The position numbers were made by a program, and so were the translations under genes. 64,000 nucleotides of DNA. Origin: Arenicellales bacterium. Lineage in GTDB: Bacteria; Pseudomonadota; Gammaproteobacteria; Arenicellales; Poriferihabitantaceae. Under the pieces are notes generated by a model. It was not told where the DNA came from. It worked only from the letters and a program-made list of their open reading frames with translations, and ran no database searches. Below are positions 34,502 through 43,081 of this stretch, one piece after another (the first letter of the stretch is position 1; every line of letters begins with the position of its first letter). The DNA lies in the NCBI GenBank assembly GCA_965116335.1, contig OZ220677.1, forward strand, positions 922,846-986,845, written 5' to 3'.

Positions 34502-35565
34502 TACCGGATGAGCTGGTCGTTTTGGTCAAAATAGAGCGCCTTGTCCGGGTGCAGATACAAGGTCGCCTGATCACCGCTTTGGAAGGGGTGGATACCGTGG
34601 GATTCCGAGACCCAGTCATTTTGCTCTACGGCGACGCGAATCACGCTTTGTGAGCCACTGAGTTCGGCGACCTGTACTCGCCCGTTGATGACCACTGCGT
34701 TATCCGCCATGGATTGCAGAGTCAGGTGATGGGGACGGATGCCCATGGTATAGACCTGATCGGCCAGGGATTGCAGGGTATCGGGAACCCGCCACGAAAC
34801 ATGATCGCTCAAGTGAAACCGACCCTCTTTTTTACGGACTGCGGACAGATTGACCGGGGGGTCGGAAAAAACCCGGGCGCTGGCCAGGTTTTCCGGTGTC
34901 CGGTAGCCAGTCGCGGTTGGCCCGAATTGCGTCACACGGCCCTCGAAAAGGGTGGCGGTGCAGCCGCCAAGCATCAGCGCTTCCATCGGCTCGGTGGTGC
35001 TGTAAACTACGGTCGCGCCGCTATCGGCGAACAGCTTCGGCAATTCGTCTCGTAATTCCTCACGCAGCTTATAGTCCAGATTGGCCAACGGCTCGTCCAG
35101 CAGCACCAGACGCGAGTTCCTGGCCAGGGCGCGGGCAATCGCCACACGCTGTTGCTGACCACCGGACAGCTCCGCTGGATAACGGTTGAGATAACTCTCG
35201 AGCTTCAACAGTTCGGCGAGTCTTGCCACCTGCGAGCGGATGCGCGAGCACTCGACTCGCGCCACCCGTAGCGGAGATGCGATATTGTCAAACACGGTGA
35301 AGTTCGGATAATTGATGAACTGCTGGTAGACCATGGCCACACTCCGCTTCTGCACCGGCAGGCCGGTAACATTCTGTCCTTCGAACCAGATTTCTCCGCT
35401 GGAAGGCATTTCCAGTCCAGCCATCAGGCGCAGCAATGTGGTCTTGCCGCTCAGCGTAGTACCCAGTAATACGTTAAATCCGCCCTCCTGCAAACGCAGG
35501 CTGGTAGGGTATATGTGGGTTTCGCCGCCGACCTTGCGGGTCACTTCACGAAGCTCGACAGCCAT
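34498..35565 (-). CDS. ABC transporter ATP-binding protein
   Basis: LLGTTLSGKTT, LSGGQQQRVAIARAL, LLDEPL. Start moved to MAVELREV (ATG 35565), 14 nt after the glpR stop. Confidence 0.85.
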   Translation of the reverse strand: MAVELREVTRKVGGETHIYPTSLRLQEGGFNVLLGTTLSGKTTLLRLMAGLEMPSSGEIWFEGQNVTGLPVQKRSVAMVYQQFINYPNFTVFDNIASPLRVARVECSRIRSQVARLAELLKLESYLNRYPAELSGGQQQRVAIARALARNSRLVLLDEPLANLDYKLREELRDELPKLFADSGATVVYSTTEPMEALMLGGCTATLFEGRVTQFGPTATGYRTPENLASARVFSDPPVNLSAVRKKEGRFHLSDHVSWRVPDTLQSLADQVYTMGIRPHHLTLQSMADNAVVINGRVQVAELSGSQSVIRVAVEQNDWVSESHGIHPFQSGDQATLYLHPDKALYFDQNDQLIRY

Positions 35566-35579
35566 GCGCCAGAGCCTGC

Positions 35580-36386
35580 TCAGCCGGCGCCGTTGATCAC
35601 ACGCACGCCTTTCATCAGACAATATTCCTGAACGGCTTGCGGCGGCGGGCGGTCGCTGACGAAGTAATCAACCTGTTCCAGGCTACCCAACCTGACCGGC
35701 GCCTTGCGCTGAAACTTGGTTTCGTCAGCTACCAGGATCACGGAACGGGCATTGCATATAATGGATTGCGCAACTCGGACCTCGCGCACATCGAATTCCA
35801 GAATGGAGCCGTCTTCGTCCAGAGCGGAACAACCAATCACGGCATAGTCCACCTTGAAACGGCCAATGAACTCTTCAGTGGCATCGCCCACGATACCGCC
35901 GTCTTCATGTCGCACCAGCCCGCCTGCGGTCATCACCCGGATGGCCTTCGACCGGCGCAACGTATTGGCGATATTGATGTTGTTAGTAATCACCAGCAGA
36001 CCGCGATGTTTAACCAGATGGGAGGCCACGCGCTCTGTAGTGGTGCCGATATTGATGAACATAGAGGCATCGTCAGGAATGATCGGCGCCGTCAACCGCC
36101 CGATGTGATCCTTACCCTGCGGATTAACGAGCAGGCGTGTCGTATAATCCAGATTTGCCAGCTGCCGCTCATGCGGGGTCGCGCCATCGGTGGACACCGC
36201 TCCACCATGCACTCGTTGCAACAGCTTGCGGTTGTACAGAATATTGAGATCCCGGCGAATCGTCTGCGGCGTAACATGGAACTGACTGGCCAGTGATTGC
36301 ACTCGTGCACTGCCGTGACTGCGTATATGATCCAGTAACGCACGCTGCCTTACGCTGATGGACGCTTCGGATAACACGTCGGTCAT
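35580..36386 (-). CDS. glpR: DeoR-family transcriptional repressor (GlpR-like)
   Basis: RQRALLDHIRSHGSARVQSLASQFHVTPQTIRRDLN HTH plus a DeoR C-terminal sensor domain. Internal ATG 36386 chosen. Confidence 0.8.
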   Translation of the reverse strand: MTDVLSEASISVRQRALLDHIRSHGSARVQSLASQFHVTPQTIRRDLNILYNRKLLQRVHGGAVSTDGATPHERQLANLDYTTRLLVNPQGKDHIGRLTAPIIPDDASMFINIGTTTERVASHLVKHRGLLVITNNINIANTLRRSKAIRVMTAGGLVRHEDGGIVGDATEEFIGRFKVDYAVIGCSALDEDGSILEFDVREVRVAQSIICNARSVILVADETKFQRKAPVRLGSLEQVDYFVSDRPPPQAVQEYCLMKGVRVINGAG

Positions 36387-36473
36387 GGTCAAACCCGTAT
36401 TGCCATTTGTGGTATCGAAGATAAGGCGCGGGCTGTCCGGCCAGCGGAACAGCCCACACTTCAATCCGGCAGA

Positions 36474-38201
36474 TTATTGCCAGTTCTTGATCAAATCCTC
36501 ATAGGCAATGGTTTCGCCCTGCGGTTTCTCGTCCACTTTCGGCTTGGGTGAACCGGCTTGATCGAGCCAGTATTGCGGGTCCTTTTCCTCATTAAGCCGG
36601 GGGCCACAACCGCCATATACTTCGGCAGCCTCGTCCGCAGCCTGCATTCGGGCCATGACCTGATCCATTTCAGCAGCCAGCCGGTTCATCGCTTCCTGGG
36701 GTGTGAAAGCGCCCGAATTAACATCTCCGATCTGCTGCCACCAGATTTGCGCCAGCTTCGGATAATCCGGCACATTGACACCGGTCGGCGACCAGCGAAC
36801 CCGATCCGGAGAACGGTAGAACTCCACCAGACCGCCCAGTTTAGGCGCACGCTCAGTGAAGGACTCGTGATTGATGGAGCTGTCTCGTATAAAGGTGAGG
36901 CCGACATGACTCTTCTTCACGTCCACGGTCTTCGAGACCACAAACTGGGCGTACAACCAGGCCGCCTTGCGACGCTCCACCGGAGTAGACTTGAACAGGG
37001 TCCAGGAACCAGCGTCCTGATAACCGAGTTTCTGTCCTTTCTCCCAGTATGGACCATGTGGAGACGGCGCCATCCGCCAGAGCGGATTACCTTCATCATC
37101 TACCGTATTGTTACCATCGCTTTTTGCAGCCACCATGGATGCGGTGAATGCGGTATACCAGAAAATCTGTTGTGCCACATTACCCTGGGAAAGCGCTGGC
37201 AGAGATTGATAGAAGTCGTAGCTGGCAGCGCCCGGAGGAGCATACTGGCGCAACCACTCGTCCCATTTGCGGATGGCGTATACCGCCGCCGGGCCATTGG
37301 CGGCGCCACCCCGGGAGACACTGGCGCCCACCGGATTGCAGGTGCCGGCCTCCATACGGATACCCCACTCATCCACCGGGATACCATTCGGCAGACCCTT
37401 GCTGCCAGCCCCCGCCATGGAGAGCCAGGCATCAGTCATACGCCAGCCGAGATCCGGCGCCCGTTTACCATAGTCCATGTGACCATATACCCGAACGCCG
37501 TCAATCTCCTTCACATGATCGGTGAAAAATTCCGCAATATCTTCATAAGCAGACCAATTTACCGGCACGCCGAGGTCATATCCATACATCTCCTTGAACC
37601 TTGCCTGCAGGTCTTCACGGTCGAACCAGTCCTTGCGGAACCAGTACAGATTAGCGAACTGCTGGTCAGGAAGCTGGTAGAGCTTGCCGTCCGGCCCGGT
37701 AGTGAAGGATTTACCTACAAAGTCATCCACATCCAGTCCGGGATTGGTGACATCGGCGCCCTCGCCAGCCATCCAGTCGGACAGATTGACTGCCAGTTGC
37801 AGACGGGAATGGGTGCCGATCAGATCAGAGTCGTTGATATAGGCATCATACAGGTTGCGTCCGGTCTGCATCTGGGTCTGTACGGCCTGCACAACTTCGC
37901 CCTCACCCAGCAACTGGTGATTAACCTTGATGCCGGTGACCTCCTCGAAGGCTTTGGTCAGCACTCTGGATTCATATTCGTGAGTCGGGATGGTCTCTGA
38001 CAACACATTGACTTCCATGCCCTGAAAAGGCTCGGCGGCCTTAATGAACCATTCCATCTCCGCCTTCTGCTCTTCCATAGAGAGCGCCGAGGGCTGGAAT
38101 TCGTCATTGATCCAGGTTTCCGCTTCCGCCAAACCAGCGAATGCGGGAGACTGGAACAGGCAGGTCGCCACGGCGGCGGCGACCATGGTTTTTATTTTCA
38201 T
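36474..38201 (-). CDS. ABC transporter substrate-binding protein (large, 575 aa; glycerol-locus type)
   Basis: Signal peptide MKIKTMVAAAVATCLFQSPAFA, extracellular solute-binding family. Locus context. Confidence 0.8.
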   Translation of the reverse strand: MKIKTMVAAAVATCLFQSPAFAGLAEAETWINDEFQPSALSMEEQKAEMEWFIKAAEPFQGMEVNVLSETIPTHEYESRVLTKAFEEVTGIKVNHQLLGEGEVVQAVQTQMQTGRNLYDAYINDSDLIGTHSRLQLAVNLSDWMAGEGADVTNPGLDVDDFVGKSFTTGPDGKLYQLPDQQFANLYWFRKDWFDREDLQARFKEMYGYDLGVPVNWSAYEDIAEFFTDHVKEIDGVRVYGHMDYGKRAPDLGWRMTDAWLSMAGAGSKGLPNGIPVDEWGIRMEAGTCNPVGASVSRGGAANGPAAVYAIRKWDEWLRQYAPPGAASYDFYQSLPALSQGNVAQQIFWYTAFTASMVAAKSDGNNTVDDEGNPLWRMAPSPHGPYWEKGQKLGYQDAGSWTLFKSTPVERRKAAWLYAQFVVSKTVDVKKSHVGLTFIRDSSINHESFTERAPKLGGLVEFYRSPDRVRWSPTGVNVPDYPKLAQIWWQQIGDVNSGAFTPQEAMNRLAAEMDQVMARMQAADEAAEVYGGCGPRLNEEKDPQYWLDQAGSPKPKVDEKPQGETIAYEDLIKNWQ

Positions 38202-38314
38202 GGTAGATTCCTCATTAGTGAAAATGGCGCACCGACCCGCGGGAACCTGCGGAACCTGACGGACGGTGATTTGTTGATACTCAACACCGTCATCTTAACA
38301 CGCCGAAAACCGAA

Positions 38315-38383
38315 AAATGAACTAAAATTTGTTTTCATTTGAAAATATATTTCTGATAAACACTTTCGTAATCAATGATCATT
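38315..38383. promoter_or_regulatory. candidate GlpR operators in the SBP/glpK divergent region: AAATGAA-N12-TTCATTT (38315..38340) and perfect palindrome AATGATCATT (38374..38383)
   Basis: Read directly. Both share AATGA/TCATT half-sites and sit in an AT-rich promoter region. Confidence 0.4.
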
Positions 38384-38417
38384 CACTAAAACGACCAACC
38401 ATCCGGGTGACTACAAC

Positions 38418-39893
38418 ATGAAACGAAACATCCTCGCCATTGATCAGGGCACTACCAGTTCCCGCGCTATCGTGTTCGCGCCGGACGGCGCCCTGGTGGA
38501 TTCATCCCAATACGGGTTTTCTCAGATCTACCCCGATGATGGCTGGGTCGAGCATGATCCGGCAGATATATGGGAGACCACATTGCGGGCGGTTCGCGAT
38601 GTACTGTCCAGGAGCGGCGATGATCTGGCGGTTGTTGGCATCACCAACCAACGCGAAACCACTGTGCTGTGGGACCGCATCAGCGGCGAGCCGGTGTATA
38701 ACGCCATTGTGTGGCAGGACCGGCGCACGGCGGAACAATGCGCTCGCCTCCGCGAGCCTGGGCATGATCGGGAGATATCCGAGCGCACCGGCCTGCTGCT
38801 GGACGCTTATTTTTCAGCCACCAAGATTGCCTGGATTCTGGATCATGTTGCCGGTGCCCGATCCAGGGCACAACGAGGCGAGTTGATGTTCGGCACCGTA
38901 GACTGCTTTCTGGTCTGGAAGCTCACTGGTGGCCGGGTACACGCCACCGATGCCACCAATGCCAGCCGTACCCTGCTGTTCAACATTCACACTCAGGCCT
39001 GGGACGATGATCTGCTCGCGCTGTTCGACATTCCGAAGTCTCTGTTGCCCGAGGTGCGTGACAGCGCAGATGACTACGGCGTTACAGACTCGGCAGCGCT
39101 GGGCGCGAAACTGCCCATCGGCGCTGTGGTGGGCGACCAGCAGGGCGCCTTGTTCGGACAAGCCTGCTTTCATCCGGGGATGGTGAAAAGCACGTATGGA
39201 ACGGGCTGCTTCATGATCATGAATACCGGCCATACTGCGGTGGTCTCGCGTAATCGCCTGTTGACCACCGTGGGTTACCGGCTCAACGGGGAAGTGACCT
39301 ATGCCCTGGAAGGGTCGATTTTCAACGCCGGCACCGCGATTCAATGGCTACGGGACAGCCTGAAACTGATTGAGAGTGTTGACGCTATTGATGATCTGGT
39401 GCGATCGACCACCGGCAATGATGGCGTATACATGGCGCCAGCCTTCACCGGCCTCGGCGCACCGCACTGGGACCCGCATGCTCGCGGCGCAGTATTCGGG
39501 ATTACCCGCGATACCGGCATCGCGCATTTTGTTCGCGCCGCACTGGAGGCGGTGTGCTACCAGACCGATGAACTGGTGGAGGCGATGGCAGCGGACAGCG
39601 GCCAGCCACTGCAAAGGCTACGGGTGGATGGCGGCATGGCGGCCAATGACTGGATGTTGCAGTTTCTGGCCGACCTGCTCGATACCGTAGTGGAGAAACC
39701 GGCGGTTATCGAGACCACGGCATTGGGCGCAGCCTGGCTGGCCGCACTGCAACAGGGTATGTTCGCATCCACCGCCGAGGTCGCGTCCCACTGGCACGAA
39801 AGCCGCCGATTCAAGGCGAGTATGCAACCCGCAAAGCGCAAGGCGCTGATCGCTGGCTGGAACGATGCCATTGATCGAGTCAAATCGCGCTGA
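38418..39893 (+). CDS. glpK: glycerol kinase
   Basis: [44 protein letters not shown]. Full-length 491 aa. Confidence 0.95.
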   Translation: MKRNILAIDQGTTSSRAIVFAPDGALVDSSQYGFSQIYPDDGWVEHDPADIWETTLRAVRDVLSRSGDDLAVVGITNQRETTVLWDRISGEPVYNAIVWQDRRTAEQCARLREPGHDREISERTGLLLDAYFSATKIAWILDHVAGARSRAQRGELMFGTVDCFLVWKLTGGRVHATDATNASRTLLFNIHTQAWDDDLLALFDIPKSLLPEVRDSADDYGVTDSAALGAKLPIGAVVGDQQGALFGQACFHPGMVKSTYGTGCFMIMNTGHTAVVSRNRLLTTVGYRLNGEVTYALEGSIFNAGTAIQWLRDSLKLIESVDAIDDLVRSTTGNDGVYMAPAFTGLGAPHWDPHARGAVFGITRDTGIAHFVRAALEAVCYQTDELVEAMAADSGQPLQRLRVDGGMAANDWMLQFLADLLDTVVEKPAVIETTALGAAWLAALQQGMFASTAEVASHWHESRRFKASMQPAKRKALIAGWNDAIDRVKSR

Positions 39894-39944
39894 TTGATAT
39901 TCTGTCCGGCTTTTCAGCCTGCCACTCGCTGGACGGGTAGAATG

Positions 39945-40016
39945 GGATTCCCGGCTGGCCGGGTTGATAGGCTTGTGGATGGACTGGCCGGAATTTTAAC
40001 CAGTCCGGGACAACCG
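39945..40016. repeat. repeated GC-rich element (copy A) with internal hairpins, downstream of the DUF1640 gene
   Basis: GGATTCCCGGCTGGCCGGGTTG is identical to 42197..42218. The ..CCAGTCCGGGA(C/T)AA block is also shared. Minus strand can fold GGACTGG-N12-CCAGTCC. Confidence 0.7.
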
Positions 40017-40021
40017 CGCTA

Positions 40022-40318
40022 TCAGCCGCCCGCCGCCAAACTGGATACATCGCGCCAGATAGCGAACAAAAAGCCCAACATAACCAGCGTAAAAGCAAAA
40101 TGTAATCCGAACATCCAGCGCAATCCGGCAATATCGCCCTTTAATGATTTCTCCAGGCCAGCCATTTCCCGCCGTAATCCGGTAATATCACCCTTTGTCG
40201 CCAGCTCGCCGGACTGGTTCGCCATAACCTCGGCCACTGCTTCGGCCTGCTCGGTCTTGAATCCGGCCTTTTCCAGTTTCCGCATTGCGGCCAGTGTGTC
40301 TATCGCTACGGTTGTCAT
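40022..40318 (-). CDS. DUF1640-family coiled-coil protein with C-terminal TM helix (98 aa)
   Basis: MTTVAIDTLAAMRKLEKAGFKTEQAEAVAEVM is the typical DUF1640 N-terminus. GDITGLRREMAGLEKSLKGDIAGLR, then TM FGLHFAFTLVMLGFLFAIW. Internal ATG 40318 follows the conserved leader. Confidence 0.7.
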   Translation of the reverse strand: MTTVAIDTLAAMRKLEKAGFKTEQAEAVAEVMANQSGELATKGDITGLRREMAGLEKSLKGDIAGLRWMFGLHFAFTLVMLGFLFAIWRDVSSLAAGG

Positions 40319-40349
40319 GATTCGTTGCCTGTCTGTTCTTTTTTGGTGT
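40319..40349 (-). promoter_or_regulatory. conserved A-rich 5' leader (copy 3): ACACCAAAAAAGAACAGACAGGCAACGAATC
   Basis: Differs from copy 1 at ~3 positions. Abuts the DUF1640 ATG. Confidence 0.6.
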
Positions 40350-40374
40350 TCCCGGTCTTGCCTGCCTCGGCTTA

Positions 40375-40689
40375 TCACGCCTGTATTGCTTCCGGTTGCT
40401 CTGTCACCATTGGCCGCCCTCGCAAGCCTTCCAGCAAGCCGGACAAGTGTCCCACCTCGCGGGAAACTTGGTTAATCTCTTGCCGTAGTCCGGCAATATC
40501 CTGATTCATTTCTTGCCGTAGTCCGTTAATCTCTTGCCGTAGTCCGTTAATCTCTTGCCGTAGTCCGGCAATATCCTGATTGACTTGTCCGGCCAGCCGA
40601 TTATTGGCCGGTATGATTACCCCGGCCAATGCTACGCCCACGCCGACAATGGTAATAATCAGCAAGATTAACGCGGTTGTAATAGTCAT
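40375..40689 (-). CDS. small N-terminal-TM coiled-coil protein, paralog of 29438..29734 (104 aa)
   Basis: TM ALILLIITIVGVGVALAGVIIP. DIAGLRQEINGLRQEINGLRQEMNQDIAGLRQEIN. C-terminal VGHLSGLLEGLRGRPMVTEQPEAIQA. Confidence 0.65.
   Translation of the reverse strand: MTITTALILLIITIVGVGVALAGVIIPANNRLAGQVNQDIAGLRQEINGLRQEINGLRQEMNQDIAGLRQEINQVSREVGHLSGLLEGLRGRPMVTEQPEAIQA
40472..40584 (-). repeat. in-frame mosaic of 21-nt (GLRQEIN) and 33-nt (GLRQEMNQDIA) tandem units
   Basis: TTAATCTCTTGCCGTAGTCCG occurs 3 times (40472, 40526, 40547), interleaved with a 33-nt variant. Confidence 0.85.
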
Positions 40690-40721
40690 GGTTTGATGCC
40701 TGCCTGTTCTTTTCTTGGTGT
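40690..40721 (-). promoter_or_regulatory. conserved A-rich 5' leader (copy 2): ACACCAAGAAAAGAACAGGCAGGCATCAAACC
   Basis: Aligned by eye with copies 1 and 3. Confidence 0.55.
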
Positions 40722-40724
40722 TCT

Positions 40725-40753
40725 ATTCTGGCCGAGTTGCGCCGCCGGGTCAA
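40725..40753 (-). promoter_or_regulatory. sigma70-like promoter TTGACC-N17-CAGAAT (paralogous to 29374..29402)
   Basis: Minus strand reads GGGTTGACCCGGCGGCGCAACTCGGCCAGAATAGAA. Confidence 0.6.
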
Positions 40754-40761
40754 CCCGGAGA

Positions 40762-42177
40762 GTTGTCCAATGGAAGATGAGCCTGAAGGATGATCTGTAT
40801 TTCCATCGGGAGATGAGCCTTTCGGCGTTGATTTTGGGATCATCGGAGGATGATCGTGAAATTACACAGCCAGCGTTTACAGACGGTGGAGGAGATTCGT
40901 TCCTTTCTGGACGGAGCCACCACTTTTGATTTTGAACCCCAATCCCGCAAACAAACCTACCGATGGCTCTGTGACAGCTTGCGGCAGGTACGGTATTCCT
41001 TGCTCAACAAGACCGACCGGGGGATCGTCAAGACCTATCTGGAAAAGGTCAGTGGCTTGTCCCGCGCACAGGTCACCCGGTTGATCCGACAGTATCGCGA
41101 CAGTGGATGTATCCAGGATCGTCGGGGAAGACCCGCTAACGCTTTCTCCCAGCGCTATACGTCAGCAGATGTCGCTTTGTTGGTTCAAACCGATACCCTG
41201 CACGGCAACCTGTCCGGACCCGCTACCCGAAAACTGTGCGAACGCGCCTTTCTGGTATTCGGCGATACCCGATACGCGCGACTGGCTACAATCTCCAACG
41301 GCCACCTCTATAACCTGCGACACTCGGATGCCTACCAGCGCAAACGACGACACTTCCAGAAAACCCGACCTACTCCAGCAAAAATCGGAGTCAGACGAAT
41401 ACCCAGACCCAATGGCCGACCCGGCTTCTTGCGCGTCGATACCGTACATCAGGGCGACCAGGACGGCATCAAGGGGTTGTATCACATCAATGCCGTCGAT
41501 GAAGTCACCCAGATGCAGGCCATAGTCAGTGTGCAGAGAATCTCTGAAAGCTATCTCATCCCGGCCCTGCATGAATTACTCCAAGCCTTCCCCTTCACTC
41601 TCCTGGGATTCCATTCCGATAACGGTTCAGAGTATATCAATCACACAGTCGCCAAACTATTGCAAAAACTCCATATCGAACAAACCAAATCACGACCCAG
41701 ACAGAGTAATGACAATGCCCTGGTCGAAGGCAAAAATGGTTCCGTCATCCGTAAGCATCTGGGATACGAACACATCTCACAGCACTTCGCTCAACCCGTC
41801 AATGACTTCCTGGTTCATGTACTCACTCCCTACCTCAACTACCACAGACCCTGCCTGTTCGCAAAGGAAGAAATCAACCAAAAAGGAAAACGAATCCGTA
41901 AATACCCGCACTCACTCATTCAGACTCCTTACGAAAAACTCCGATCCTTACCCAATGCACAACAATATCTCAAACCAGGAGTAACCTTCAAAAAACTGGA
42001 TGACTTCGCTCACCAATACAGCGATAATGAAGCCGCAAAAAGACTCAACGAAGCACGCAATACACTATTCCAATCTTTTAACAATTCCCAAAATTACGCC
42101 GCCTGAAAAACTCTCTCAATGTCTAGAAATATAATCACAATAGACAACACGCTCAGGCTCATCTCTGGATTGGAAAA
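40762..42177 (+). mobile_element. insertion sequence (~1.4 kb) with imperfect ~26-bp terminal inverted repeats
   Basis: Left end GTTGTCCAATGGAAGATGAGCCTGA vs reverse complement of the right end GTTTTCCAATCCAGAGATGAGCCTGA. Core AGATGAGCCTGA at 40775..40786 and 42152..42163. Single rve transposase inside. Exact ends approximate. Confidence 0.7.
40850..42106 (+). CDS. DDE transposase / integrase catalytic core (rve domain)
   Basis: 418 aa. DTVHQGD...FHSDNGSEYIN...NALVEGKNG are the spaced D, D, E residues. N-terminal HTH-like region. Confidence 0.8.
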   Translation: MIVKLHSQRLQTVEEIRSFLDGATTFDFEPQSRKQTYRWLCDSLRQVRYSLLNKTDRGIVKTYLEKVSGLSRAQVTRLIRQYRDSGCIQDRRGRPANAFSQRYTSADVALLVQTDTLHGNLSGPATRKLCERAFLVFGDTRYARLATISNGHLYNLRHSDAYQRKRRHFQKTRPTPAKIGVRRIPRPNGRPGFLRVDTVHQGDQDGIKGLYHINAVDEVTQMQAIVSVQRISESYLIPALHELLQAFPFTLLGFHSDNGSEYINHTVAKLLQKLHIEQTKSRPRQSNDNALVEGKNGSVIRKHLGYEHISQHFAQPVNDFLVHVLTPYLNYHRPCLFAKEEINQKGKRIRKYPHSLIQTPYEKLRSLPNAQQYLKPGVTFKKLDDFAHQYSDNEAAKRLNEARNTLFQSFNNSQNYAA

Positions 42178-42196
42178 CGCTCCCGGATTCCCACCC

Positions 42197-42250
42197 GGAT
42201 TCCCGGCTGGCCGGGTTGGTCGGGGTTTTATCCAGTCCGGGATAATGGCC
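42197..42250. repeat. repeated GC-rich element (copy B), abutting the IS right end
   Basis: 22-nt identity with 39945..39966 plus the shared CCAGTCCGGGA block. Shorter than copy A (internal deletion). Confidence 0.65.
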
Positions 42251-42255
42251 GCGCC

Positions 42256-42359
42256 GGTCGATTGCTCAACCTGGCCGCGCTCGATGCTGGCCGGGGTTCC
42301 CGTGATCCGGATGCTGTCCTGGACATGGACAGCCGGGCCAGTATTCGATAGTGTTTATT
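42256..42359 (-). pseudogene. decayed copy of the RHH regulator gene (internal deletions, start codon lost)
   Basis: 42256..42286 matches 44171..44201 at 30/31 nt (encodes IERGQ.EQST). AATAAACAC near 42351 matches codons 2-4 of the intact gene, but ATG is replaced by CA. Confidence 0.55.
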
Positions 42360-42541
42360 GTGATCCGGGCAGGATTCAACCGGTTGCTTTGCTATCCTCA
42401 CGGTTTCAGCTCGACCGCTCGATCAGGATTTTATGATAGTGTTCCCAGCTTCGCCGGCCATCCGCGGATGGTTAAAACACTATCGCGGATTGCCTTCAGT
42501 ATTTCCGACCCGCCGCGCCTTCAGGAAACCGCGCTATTAAA

Positions 42542-43045
42542 TCACTCTATCAACTGCCCGTATCTATACCGTACTTCCTCAACCTTACCACCCGGCCATT
42601 TTATCACCCAATGCCCGTGTCTGTGGTCGTCTACATACGGGCCTTCCTGAACCATGTCGCCGATGACTTCCACCCAATGCCCGTTCCGCTTATCGTCTAC
42701 ATACTGGCCTTCCGCAACCGCGCCGGGGATGCCTTTCTCCACCCAATGCCCGTTCTTCTTGCCGTCTACATACGGGCCTTCATCAACCATAGTACCGTCT
42801 GGGGATTTCGATACTACGTATTTCTCCACCCAATGCCCGTTCCGCTTGTCGTCTACATACGGGCCTTCCTGAGCCCTATCGAAAAACAGATGTTTCTCCA
42901 CCCAATGCCCGTTCCGCTTGTTATCTACAATAGGGCCTTCCCCAACCCAACCGCCCGGCAATTCAATTACTTCCGCGCTTGCAGCCAGTGGCATGATCAG
43001 CAATGCCATAACCGCCAGTATTTTCAATTTCATTGTCTGCATCAT
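42542..43045 (-). CDS. secreted MORN-repeat-variant (MORN_2/YwqK-like repeats) protein, 167 aa
   Basis: Signal peptide MKLKILAVMALLIMPLAASA. Repeated EGPYVDDKRNGHWVEK units. C-terminal VEEVRYRYGQLIE. Confidence 0.75.
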   Translation of the reverse strand: MMQTMKLKILAVMALLIMPLAASAEVIELPGGWVGEGPIVDNKRNGHWVEKHLFFDRAQEGPYVDDKRNGHWVEKYVVSKSPDGTMVDEGPYVDGKKNGHWVEKGIPGAVAEGQYVDDKRNGHWVEVIGDMVQEGPYVDDHRHGHWVIKWPGGKVEEVRYRYGQLIE

Positions 43046-43081
43046 TCCCCCGTGATTATTTATTGATAACGCGCTATTAAA

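Noticed and set aside
36558-38000. 480-aa plus-strand ORF, and similar long antisense ORFs (51691..52809, 51336..52142, 55119..55745, 14342..14995, 15506..16273, 59105..60414)
   Set aside because: Each is antisense to a gene with unmistakable family motifs (SBP, hisF/hisA, smg, acyl-CoA dehydrogenase, sugar transferase/PPTase). Long antisense ORFs are expected in GC-rich DNA.
40440-40600. Array of 21-nt direct repeats that superficially resembles a mini-CRISPR
   Set aside because: The units abut each other or are separated by a related 33-nt unit with no unique spacers. They are in frame within an ORF with a homologous paralog, and no cas genes are present. This is a coding tandem repeat.
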